A stretch of 25,891 nucleotides of DNA from an uncultured Gammaproteobacteria bacterium. GTDB taxonomy: Bacteria > Patescibacteriota > Microgenomatia > UBA12405. The notes beneath the pieces were generated by a model. It ran no database searches, was not told where the DNA came from, and saw nothing but the letters and a program-made list of their open reading frames with translations. The stretch is from contig CAYTYZ010000015.1 in the NCBI GenBank assembly GCA_964442385.1, positions 1 through 25,891 on the forward strand, read 5' to 3'. Every line of letters starts with the position of its first letter. Position 1 is the first letter of the stretch. A program made the translations under genes and the position numbers. Positions 1-7,269 of this stretch are shown here, piece by piece.

Positions 1-43
1 GATAACATAATAAACATGGTAGTGCTTATTATGTTATCCAGAA

Positions 44-355
44 ATGGATACTAATCAGCATTCAAATTCAGGAGAAAAAATGAACCTAGTAGTTCTTTCT
101 GCGGTTTCCATAGCGTTACTTTTTTCTGGCTTTCTTCTTTATCTTATTTACCCAAACTTCCAACAAAAAAGGTATCTGGAAATACAACGAAAGTTGGGAA
201 GTGGTGGTCTGAAGAAAGGCACGACGCATTCAAAGTTTTTCACTTCATCTTTCGCCGGAACGCTCGAACTATTAATTCGAGGCTTTGGCCCAATATTCAT
301 CGCAGGAGGCGTGATAATGCTACTAAATGTATTGATGAATACTTTTCTCAAGTAG
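44..355 (+). CDS. small hypothetical membrane protein (2 predicted TM helices)
   Basis: ORF from the track. Hydrophobic stretches LVVLSAVSIALLFSGFLLYLI and GPIFIAGGVIMLLNVL. An alternative start is the internal Met (MNLVV, ~80). Followed by a hairpin plus T-run at 389-415. No recognisable family. Confidence 0.45.
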   Translation: MDTNQHSNSGEKMNLVVLSAVSIALLFSGFLLYLIYPNFQQKRYLEIQRKLGSGGLKKGTTHSKFFTSSFAGTLELLIRGFGPIFIAGGVIMLLNVLMNTFLK

Positions 356-388
356 TTTCCTAGCTCAATTCACTTTTTAAAGAACCAA

Positions 389-415
389 CCCCGTTGCAAC
401 TGCGACGGGGTTTTT
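389..415 (+). terminator. intrinsic terminator-like hairpin (ccccgttgc..gcgacgggg) followed by TTTTT
   Basis: Inverted repeat ccccgt(tgc)/(gcg)acgggg at 389-410, then ttttt at 411-415, directly after the stop of ORF 44-355. Confidence 0.55.
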
Positions 416-429
416 CGTATCCACAAGTC

Positions 430-457
430 TTGACTTTTTAACAAAAAGACTTATAAT
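430..457 (+). promoter_or_regulatory. near-consensus sigma70-type promoter (TTGACT-16nt-TATAAT)
   Basis: ttgact at 430-435 and tataat at 452-457 with a 16-nt spacer, upstream of the small-membrane-protein gene cluster starting at 623. An inverted repeat aagtctt...aagactt overlaps the -35 element. Confidence 0.5.
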
Positions 458-544
458 ATATCAATTGTAAATTATTATCGCTTATTGCAAGCCAGATTAT
501 AGTTTACGAAATCTAAAGTTCTTTAAAATCTTGTAGGGGAAACT

Positions 545-590
545 ATGTACGACATTTTGTATAAAGTTATTTATCCAAAATGTCGTACAT
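545..590 (+). promoter_or_regulatory. perfect 15-bp inverted repeat (atgtacgacattttg / caaaatgtcgtacat) with a 16-nt loop in the 5' leader of gene 623
   Basis: Read directly from the sequence: 545-559 is the exact reverse complement of 576-590. No T-run follows on either strand, so it is unlikely to be an intrinsic terminator. Candidate operator or leader RNA structure. Confidence 0.5.
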
Positions 591-622
591 AAGTACACTA
601 AAAAACAAAAAGGAGAAGTCAA

Positions 623-826
623 ATGAACCAAGTCGCATTGTACGAACTCGCAACCCTAATGCTCTTTCTGGCTGGAATCTTGCATGTTGGATTTGCGATT
701 CTTAGGATTATTGTATCTGTCTTTGTGCTCAAAAACGGAACATATATTGGCCATAGTCTCGCAGTTGTCTTTGGCTTTATGTGCGTCTATGTCGCTTATT
801 TGATGTCTACAAATATGCCCAAATAA
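623..826 (+). CDS. small hypothetical membrane protein (67 aa, 2 TM)
   Basis: ATG preceded by aaaaaggagaagtcaa (strong SD). Sequence is hydrophobic (LMLFLAGILHVGFAILRIIVSVFVL ... AVVFGFMCVYVAYLM). Confidence 0.55.
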   Translation: MNQVALYELATLMLFLAGILHVGFAILRIIVSVFVLKNGTYIGHSLAVVFGFMCVYVAYLMSTNMPK

Positions 827-845
827 GTCACAAACAAGGAGCAAA

Positions 846-1238
846 ATGCTTGAAAACTTCTTTATCCCAGCTATCTGCTTTGTAGCCGGCCTGATTCTCG
901 TAAAAAACTTTTCACCACACACAGTACAAGGGTCAAACTCACAGCGGGTCATCTCTCAGATTTTTTCCTTTGTGGGTGTGCTGGGTATTATTGGAGGGGT
1001 GTTTTTATTTATCGATGCAATCGGGGTCGCATTTTTGCCAAATACAGCCAAGAACCAGGCTTATCTAATCCTATCTGTTCTTTCAAGCTTGGTTGCACTG
1101 TATGGAAGCTGGAGGATATTGCGGGTCTTTAAGATAGATGATTTGGGCGAAAAGATAGACTACCTAGCCATTTCTGTTGCCTGGATAGCCATGGGTTGCA
1201 TTGGAATGACGGTTGGAGTTATCTTGGCTTTGCCATAA
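846..1238 (+). CDS. hypothetical membrane protein (130 aa, ~4 TM)
   Basis: ATG preceded by acaaggagcaaa (SD), 20 nt after the previous stop. Four hydrophobic segments. Confidence 0.6.
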   Translation: MLENFFIPAICFVAGLILVKNFSPHTVQGSNSQRVISQIFSFVGVLGIIGGVFLFIDAIGVAFLPNTAKNQAYLILSVLSSLVALYGSWRILRVFKIDDLGEKIDYLAISVAWIAMGCIGMTVGVILALP

Positions 1239-1266
1239 CCACCTAGTTCAAAAAAAGGAGATAACA

Positions 1267-1551
1267 ATGTCTTACCAAACCATAATCGATCTCAGGATGT
1301 ACGGGCAAGCCACTGGAACTGTCTTTCTCTGGCTGGTAATCCCAATCGTTCTAGGACTTCTTCTTGGCCCTGTCATTCGCAAGAATGTCAAAAACCACAC
1401 GATCAGATATGAGCTTTCCCGAATAATGGGACAACTGATTGTACTTGTTGCGGCTGCTGGGGGTCTAACCCTTGTGTTGTATCTAGTAGCAGCCATACTC
1501 GGGATTTTTATCCCTAGCGTTCCTCCAAAAATCTTTTTCCCTACAATGTAA
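1267..1551 (+). CDS. hypothetical membrane protein (~95 aa)
   Basis: The track ORF 1213-1551 contains an internal ATG at 1267 preceded by aaaaaggagataaca (SD). The product MSYQTIIDLRMYGQATGTVFLWLVIPIVLGLLLGP... is hydrophobic. Third consecutive SD-led small membrane gene. Confidence 0.55.
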   Translation: MSYQTIIDLRMYGQATGTVFLWLVIPIVLGLLLGPVIRKNVKNHTIRYELSRIMGQLIVLVAAAGGLTLVLYLVAAILGIFIPSVPPKIFFPTM

Positions 1552-1556
1552 TAAAC

Positions 1557-1596
1557 GGGCCCGGATGTACGCAAAGTGTGTACAATATCCGGGCCC
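1557..1596. terminator. 10-bp perfect inverted repeat gggcccggat/atccgggccc with a 20-nt loop, between convergent genes
   Basis: Read from the sequence: 1557-1566 is the reverse complement of 1587-1596. It sits between the stop of the plus-strand gene (1551) and the stop of argS (1606). T-runs are weak on both strands, so terminator function is inferred. Confidence 0.4.
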
Positions 1597-1605
1597 AAAA
1601 AATAT

Positions 1606-3276
1606 CTACAACCTTTCTACCACTTTTATCCCAAGCAAATTCAAACAATTCCTTATTACTTCGGCTGTATGTTCAACAAGAAACAATCTACTTTCAGTTT
1701 GAGGTACGCCAAGTATCTGGGTAGTTCCATAAAACTCATTGAAAGTCCTGGCTACTTGCAGAACATATGTACAGATTATAGACGGTGAGTATCTTTCGGC
1801 CGCATCGATTATTTTTTCCTCCAGAGCAAAAAGTAAATGCAACAGTTTTTCTTCTGATTTAGTTAAATCTGAATCTACGCTTTCGGCTGGTTTAGTTTCC
1901 GCTTTTTCTAGTAGACTTTTGCATCTGGCATAGGTGTACTGAACATACGGTCCGCTGTCACCGTCTACCGACATTATCCTGTCCCAGTCAAAAATAATGT
2001 CTTTCTTGGGCTCGGAGAGCAGATCAGCAAATTTTACTGCTCCAATTCCGATAGCTTTAATTACGCTGTCTCTTTCCTCTGTTGTGTGCTTTTGCACATG
2101 TGCTCCTTCGGCGGTTTTTTTAGCCTCGGCAAGGGCCTTGTCCACCACATCAGATAGGTGAATAGTATCCCCGCGTCTAGTAGAAAACTTACCATCTTTC
2201 CATCGAATCAATCCATGGGCTACATGCACTAGCCCTTCTTTTGGCCCCCAACCTAATAGGCTAGCAGCCGCAAATACTTGTCGCAGGTGCAAAGTCTGAT
2301 CCGCCCCTACTTCATAAATAGCCAAATCTGGCTTCCAAGTTTCCTTTCTATACAAAATAGTGGCCAGGTCCCGGGTAAAATAAGTAGTCGTTCCATTACT
2401 TTTCAATAGCATAGCCGGAGGCATATCGTTAAACTCCACAATCCAGGCTCCACCTTCTCCCACCTTAGCAATACCTCTAGTCTTACACTCTTCAATTACT
2501 TTGGGCATCAGATCCTCATAAAACGACTCGCCATGAACATAATCAATTTTTACATCCAAAAGTTCGTACACTTTGTTGTGTTCCCTGGTTGACACATCTA
2601 TACACTTCTGCCAAATATCTCTGGCTTCTTTATCTCCAGATTCTAATTTAGAAAACCACTCACGTCCTGCATCATTCAGGCTCTCATCACTTTGAGCCCT
2701 GGTGTGAAACTCAACGTACAATTTTTCCAGTTCATCAATAGTTAGCTGATCAACAGGTTTCCCAATCCACCCAGCTTTTATAGCTACAATCAATTTCCCA
2801 AACTGGGTACCCCAGTCACCTATGTGATTGTCACCTATAGTTTTCCATCCCAATATTTTATACAAGTTATATATAGCTTGCCCGATATTGGTCGACCTTA
2901 GGTGGCCTATGCCAAAAGGTTTGGCTATATTGGGGGCCGAATAATCAATAACCATAGTTTTATTGTTGCCATAGGTCAATAGATTTTCATAAAAAGGACC
3001 AGTGCCAATTGCCTGTAACTTTCTTGCTACAAAGTCTTTTTTTAAGTAGAAATTAATAAACCCTGGACCAGCAATTTCTACTTTTTCAAACATTTCTTTA
3101 TCAATTTTTTCGATTATTTCTTGGGCCACCTCCAAGGGTTTTCGATTTTGCTTTTTTGCCTGTATCATAGCAATATTCGTTTTAAAGTCTCCAAAAGTTA
3201 GGTCCTCATTTCTTTCAACCTGTACTCCTTCTATACCAATCTTGCCTTCAATTAATTCAATTATTCTGGCTTTCAT
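1606..3276 (-). CDS. argS: arginine--tRNA ligase (class I aaRS)
   Basis: 556-aa product with an ArgS N-terminal domain, a HIGH-region-like motif (SAPNIAKPFGIGHLRSTNIGQAI) and a C-terminal DALR-like anticodon-binding region. Typical ArgS length. Confidence 0.93.
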   Translation of the reverse strand: MKARIIELIEGKIGIEGVQVERNEDLTFGDFKTNIAMIQAKKQNRKPLEVAQEIIEKIDKEMFEKVEIAGPGFINFYLKKDFVARKLQAIGTGPFYENLLTYGNNKTMVIDYSAPNIAKPFGIGHLRSTNIGQAIYNLYKILGWKTIGDNHIGDWGTQFGKLIVAIKAGWIGKPVDQLTIDELEKLYVEFHTRAQSDESLNDAGREWFSKLESGDKEARDIWQKCIDVSTREHNKVYELLDVKIDYVHGESFYEDLMPKVIEECKTRGIAKVGEGGAWIVEFNDMPPAMLLKSNGTTTYFTRDLATILYRKETWKPDLAIYEVGADQTLHLRQVFAAASLLGWGPKEGLVHVAHGLIRWKDGKFSTRRGDTIHLSDVVDKALAEAKKTAEGAHVQKHTTEERDSVIKAIGIGAVKFADLLSEPKKDIIFDWDRIMSVDGDSGPYVQYTYARCKSLLEKAETKPAESVDSDLTKSEEKLLHLLFALEEKIIDAAERYSPSIICTYVLQVARTFNEFYGTTQILGVPQTESRLFLVEHTAEVIRNCLNLLGIKVVERL

Positions 3277-3614
3277 TAAAATACTTTGGACCCATTGGGC
3301 ATATCTTTATCTAATAATAAAACTGACATGGCACCATTCTCAAAATCATCGGCTCCAAATATCATGGCTTCAGAAAATTGCCCCATTACCTTTTTTGGTT
3401 CAATATTTACTACAAAAACTGTTTTTTTATTTAAAAGATATTCAGGAGAATAATATTTTCGTATGCCAGAAAATACGGTTTTTTTACCCAGATCGGTTCC
3501 AAAATCAACTGTGAATTTTAAGAGTTTTTCAGATCCTTCTACAATCTTAGCCTCAACTATCTCGCCAATTCTAAATTCTACTTTGGCAAAATCTTCATAT
3601 TTAATAAGATCCAT
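3276..3614 (-). CDS. stand-alone tRNA-binding domain protein (CsaA/Trbp111/EMAP-like OB fold)
   Basis: Product ...FAKVEFRIGEIVEAKIVEGSEKLLKFTVDFGTDLGKKTVFSGIRKYYSPEYLLNKKTVFVVNIEPKKVMGQFSEAMIFGA... matches the conserved pattern of the tRNA_bind (Myf) domain. The track ORF runs to 3641; the start at Met10 (3614) avoids overlap with the upstream gene. Stop and argS start overlap as TAATG. Confidence 0.7.
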   Translation of the reverse strand: MDLIKYEDFAKVEFRIGEIVEAKIVEGSEKLLKFTVDFGTDLGKKTVFSGIRKYYSPEYLLNKKTVFVVNIEPKKVMGQFSEAMIFGADDFENGAMSVLLLDKDMPNGSKVF

Positions 3615-3621
3615 ATGATAT

Positions 3622-3909
3622 CTATTTTGAATACTCAACATATAACTCTTCTTTTCTTTTCATCATGGCTTCTAACTGCGCCACGTTGTTGTCACAAGCC
3701 TTTTGCAACTCTGGATTTTGGCTAAAATTTAAAGTGTTGTACAGTGCCACGTATTGCTGCAAGAGTATTTTTCTTCTATTTTCAATAGCTTCGCGTATAT
3801 ACTGAAATTGCATATTTCTAGTTAGCTCGTTCCAATCTTCAAATTGTGTTAAAAATTCGGGTTCAAACTCGCCCATTCTCACCGCGTCTTTTAAAGTATG
3901 ATATTTCAT
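3622..3909 (-). CDS. hypothetical protein (95 aa), first gene of a putative hyp-tRNA-binding-argS operon
   Basis: Track ORF with a non-repetitive, protein-like sequence, stopping 8 nt before the start of the tRNA-binding protein gene. No family recognised. Confidence 0.4.
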   Translation of the reverse strand: MKYHTLKDAVRMGEFEPEFLTQFEDWNELTRNMQFQYIREAIENRRKILLQQYVALYNTLNFSQNPELQKACDNNVAQLEAMMKRKEELYVEYSK

Positions 3910-3924
3910 AAGCTATTATATCCT

Positions 3925-4401
3925 ATGAAAATTCTTGTTTCGCCCAGCAAAACCCAAAACCCTAGTGCTCCTGATGCCCTTCATTTGTTTACCGGTGAAG
4001 TATTCAAGCAATTAAAACTAAGCAGTTATACCCCCGATCAACTTGACTATCTAAATCGCAATTTAATAATATTATCTGATAAATATGGCTATATTTTGCC
4101 CAGTCAAGTTATCAAACCCCACCGGCCAATTTTAACTACTTCTAAAATTAAAAAATTTAAGCCAAGAATAAGTAAGTTTTTAAATAGTTTCCAAGAACCT
4201 ATTCTTAACTTATCTTCCAAAGAATATTCCAAATTGCTACCAGTACAGTCTAATATTTTCAATATCAATTTTCCAGCCATGCCCAGTGTCTATCTAAAAA
4301 AAACAAGGGGAAAAATCCTAAATTACTGCGTTTTAAATAATATAGTTGATCCAAATACTCTCAATTTTGCTACACTTATTTCAAATGCACGAAGCCTTTA
4401 A
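3925..4401 (+). CDS. YaaA/DUF328-like protein (peroxide-stress protein family), short divergent member
   Basis: N-terminal MKILVSPSKTQN resembles the YaaA start (M.I.ISPAK..). LIILSDKYGYILPSQVIKPHRPIL resembles the YaaA L.GLYG.LRPLD..YRLEM motif. The track ORF starts at 3898; Met10 (3925) is chosen to avoid a head-to-head overlap with 3622-3909. Confidence 0.45.
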   Translation: MKILVSPSKTQNPSAPDALHLFTGEVFKQLKLSSYTPDQLDYLNRNLIILSDKYGYILPSQVIKPHRPILTTSKIKKFKPRISKFLNSFQEPILNLSSKEYSKLLPVQSNIFNINFPAMPSVYLKKTRGKILNYCVLNNIVDPNTLNFATLISNARSL

Positions 4402-4771
4402 CCATTTTTCCAAAAAGGTCGCCCAACTTACTGGAGCCCCTATAACCTTTAGCCTGGCTCTCCTGACCATCCTAATTTGGTTAATTACCGGACCTATGTT
4501 TGGATATTCCAATACTTGGCAATTGGTAATAAATACGGCCACAACGATAGTAACTTTTTTAATGGTTTTTTTAATTCAAAATTCTCAAAATCGGGATTCC
4601 AAAGCTATCCATCTTAAACTTGATGAACTCATCCGATCTCAAAAGTCAGCCCGTAATAGTTTGCTTGAACTAGAAAATATGACTGATGAGGAGCTTGAAG
4701 GCCTGGAAAATGACTTTAAAAAACTCTACGAGCTTGAACTTTCCAAACGTCGTGGCCGCCACCTGGCTTAA
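4385..4771 (+). CDS. low-affinity iron permease-like small membrane protein (Fet4/PF04120-like)
   Basis: Product MHEAFNHFSKKVAQLTGAPITFSLALLTILIWLITGPMFGYSNTWQLVINTATTIVTFLMVFLIQNSQNRDSKAIHLKLDELIR... matches the conserved core (GP.FGFS.TWQLVINT.TTI.TFLMVFLIQN.QNRD...KLDELI) as I recall it. The track ORF begins at 4346. Confidence 0.55.
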   Translation: MHEAFNHFSKKVAQLTGAPITFSLALLTILIWLITGPMFGYSNTWQLVINTATTIVTFLMVFLIQNSQNRDSKAIHLKLDELIRSQKSARNSLLELENMTDEELEGLENDFKKLYELELSKRRGRHLA

Positions 4772-4807
4772 TCAACCCATCCATTTATTTTTATAGTATA
4801 TTTTAGT

Positions 4808-5602
4808 ATGACAAAACTATTTTTACTTGCCTCTTTAGTCATTGTTCTTTCAGCTTGTTCCAGTCCAAACCCCACAGTAAATCAGGCTACCCCGTCGCCT
4901 CAGTCCACCAAGGCGGCCGAAACTACCATGACTATAAGCGAAAAAGACTTGGATTTTATCAAAGATCCTTCTATAAAAAAACACTTTCTAGCCCAGTTTA
5001 ACGTAAAAACTATGCGTGTAAAATCTTTTAGTGATGGGCGTGGTACTGTTCAAACTACCCAGTTGGACAACACTACCAACGAACCTAAACTTAGCATGCT
5101 CGAAGAAGAAGGAAAAAAAACAACCTCAGCTATAATTCAAATTAATAAAACTACTTACATGCAAAACCCCAAAGATGGACAATGGTGGTACGAAGTAGAA
5201 AAAACAGTTACACCCTCAAAGGACGAGCCGGCCCAAACCAACGATATTGACACTCAAATCAAGGAGACCCAGGAAGCCTTGCCCAAAGAATCTGATCAGC
5301 CAGTTTACAAATTATTAGGAGAAGAAGCCTGTGGAACCGAGCAGTGTTACAAATACGATGAAGTACAAAAAGACGGATCCAAGCGTACTTTTTGGATTGG
5401 CAAAAAAGACTATCTGCTCAGAAAAGAAATCTCTTCTTTTGGAGAATTTTACAACACCACAGAATATTCTTATGACAATATCAATATTATCGCACCTGCA
5501 AATGCCAAAATGGTACCAGATGGCAAATCAGTCTATGAATTTATCTCTGAGACAAATCCACCAGCCAAAGACGAAAATGTTGAAGAAATAACAGGGGAGT
5601 AA
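4808..5602 (+). CDS. putative lipoprotein (264 aa)
   Basis: N-terminal signal peptide with a lipobox (LASLVIVLSAC-SS). The remainder is hydrophilic with a Thr/Gln/Pro-rich linker. No family recognised. Confidence 0.6.
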   Translation: MTKLFLLASLVIVLSACSSPNPTVNQATPSPQSTKAAETTMTISEKDLDFIKDPSIKKHFLAQFNVKTMRVKSFSDGRGTVQTTQLDNTTNEPKLSMLEEEGKKTTSAIIQINKTTYMQNPKDGQWWYEVEKTVTPSKDEPAQTNDIDTQIKETQEALPKESDQPVYKLLGEEACGTEQCYKYDEVQKDGSKRTFWIGKKDYLLRKEISSFGEFYNTTEYSYDNINIIAPANAKMVPDGKSVYEFISETNPPAKDENVEEITGE

Positions 5603-5605
5603 TTT

Positions 5606-6631
5606 ATGACACCTACAGCACCTACATCCATAGAACGAGCTTTGCAGGTTGAAGGACACATCTCAATTGATCTGGTACGTTCCCTGTTTAAAGCAGGTGA
5701 AGATGCTTTTGGCGGCATAAATAATTTTAGCTATTTTGACTATATTAGCGATAGTAAGCCAATGAACTTGCCGGCGGTTCAGCTAAAGCCTGTTTTTTCT
5801 CCTCTTCTACTTGGGTTAGATGCCCAAAACGACTATTCCTTGGTAGCTTATACACCAAAAGGTAAGTCCAACCAACCTTTTGGTGATCGTGAAATGAGTG
5901 TTTGCTTATCCACAGTACCGCAAAGAAGAGATGCTATAGGTCCAATAACCGAAATTACTTATCGGGTAAATAAGGGAAAACAATATTTTTTAGAACTACT
6001 TACTACATTAAATACTGATTTACATGCTAAATGGAAAAATCTTACAGAGCGTGGCGTTAGACCCCCTTGGGCTAGTTGCAATCGAAACTTTATCATTGAA
6101 AACGGAACGCCTAAGTTGATTTCAACCGTATTATCTAGGACTGACGAAGCAGTGGTTCCTGATGAAAATGCTGTGGAACAGTCGGCCTGTTGGGAAAGAT
6201 CCGTAGTGATAGGTAACAAGGGTAATAAGTTTGACTACACAGAAAGATATTCTGTAGAAAATCAAGCAACGGATTTGCCAGATAAATCCAAAAGAGCTGA
6301 TCTTAATTTTGAGATTATTGGTCCAATCGACAAGCCTCAAGAGATAATTATAACTCTTGGGCTAACTAGCCGAAACACTCCTCGTGTACTGTACACAGAC
6401 AAGTCAGGTAATATTGAAATTACTATTTACCAAGCTTCTCCAAATTGCCTTGACTTATTATGTCAGGATCCCACCTATGCCTTTCTTTTCGAGGCTAAAC
6501 CAGATCCAACTGCAATGTTGAAATTTGTTAAAGACCGTATCCAGTTACTGCAAGAACATTGGGACAAGCCTCAAAGTATATTCTCCTTAGCAAACTCGAC
6601 TTTAAACGAAAAAAGCACTCTTGGGAAATGA
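5606..6631 (+). CDS. hypothetical protein (341 aa), coupled to the upstream lipoprotein gene
   Basis: Starts 3 nt after the lipoprotein stop, behind a GGGGAG SD. Cys-containing, no obvious signal peptide. The last 7 codons and the stop (EKSTLGK*) lie inside repeat copy 1. Confidence 0.55.
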   Translation: MTPTAPTSIERALQVEGHISIDLVRSLFKAGEDAFGGINNFSYFDYISDSKPMNLPAVQLKPVFSPLLLGLDAQNDYSLVAYTPKGKSNQPFGDREMSVCLSTVPQRRDAIGPITEITYRVNKGKQYFLELLTTLNTDLHAKWKNLTERGVRPPWASCNRNFIIENGTPKLISTVLSRTDEAVVPDENAVEQSACWERSVVIGNKGNKFDYTERYSVENQATDLPDKSKRADLNFEIIGPIDKPQEIIITLGLTSRNTPRVLYTDKSGNIEITIYQASPNCLDLLCQDPTYAFLFEAKPDPTAMLKFVKDRIQLLQEHWDKPQSIFSLANSTLNEKSTLGK

Positions 6632-6719
6632 GATAAAGTAAAGGCTAAAGCAAATCAATGCGCGATTGCATTTTTTACTTTAACTTCTATCTTTAACTCA
6701 CCCTTGAGTGCTTTTAAAT
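6607..6719. repeat. ~112-bp repeat element, copy 1 (MITE/Correia-like: ~15-bp imperfect terminal inverted repeats plus an internal hairpin and T-run)
   Basis: About 90% identical to 9375-9486. Left end aaaagcactcttggg (6611-6625) and right end cccttgagtgctttt (6701-6715) are near-reverse-complements, 13/15. Internal aatgc-gcgatt-gcatt hairpin followed by tttttt (6657-6676). Confidence 0.75.
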
Positions 6720-6728
6720 CAGCTCCTT

Positions 6729-7055
6729 CTAGGAATCAGGATTAAAAATGGTGCAGAAAATAAACCAACCAAGTAGTCCTGCCGCTGAGTACAGGAAGAT
6801 ATACAACAGTGCTATTACACCGTTGTAACCATAGGGTGTTGGCGGGTAGAAAATGGCAATTGTGACAATTCCCACGATTCCACCAACCACCATCGATCCG
6901 CCTGGCAATCGCTTTGCCTTGGCCGGACTCATAAATAGTGCAGTAGAGGCAGCCACGCCACAACCGAGTGTAATTGCCAGAATCGTACACGCCAAAAGTA
7001 TTACCGTTACCATTTTTCTCCTCATTAATATGATGCTACCCATAGGCAACATCAA
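6729..7055 (-). CDS. small hypothetical membrane protein (3 TM), divergent from the flotillin-like gene
   Basis: Track ORF, hydrophobic throughout (VILLACTILAITLGCGVAAS..., VVGGIVGIVTIAIFY, VIALLYIFLYSAAGLLGWFIF). Several candidate start Mets, so the true start is uncertain. GC-rich relative to its surroundings. Confidence 0.45.
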   Translation of the reverse strand: MMLPMGSIILMRRKMVTVILLACTILAITLGCGVAASTALFMSPAKAKRLPGGSMVVGGIVGIVTIAIFYPPTPYGYNGVIALLYIFLYSAAGLLGWFIFCTIFNPDS

Positions 7056-7182
7056 AATTGTTTTTATTTGAAAGATCAGTCAGTTGTTAATTGACACTAA
7101 TATTATAATATAAAAACTAAATATAGTCAATAATATAGGTCTATATTAAGTTAAATAAGTATACCTGGAACATCCCCAATAT

Positions 7183-7211
7183 TTGAATTTTAGGCTACGA
7201 TAGCGTAAAAT
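7183..7211 (+). promoter_or_regulatory. candidate sigma70 promoter TTGAAT-17nt-TAAAAT upstream of the flotillin-like gene
   Basis: ttgaat at 7183-7188 and taaaat at 7206-7211 with a 17-nt spacer. GGAG SD at 7256-7259 before ATG 7270. Confidence 0.4.
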
Positions 7212-7269
7212 GCGACGTCTCGAAGGAAATCAGTCCTAAGAGCTAGTTCGTTAACATGGAGAAAAGAAA

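Noticed and set aside
7091-7112. TTGACA followed by TATAAT (ttgacactaatattataat) upstream of the flotillin gene, as a promoter.
   Set aside because: The spacing between the two hexamers is only ~7 nt, too short for a sigma70 promoter. The TTGAAT-17-TAAAAT at 7183-7211 is a better candidate.
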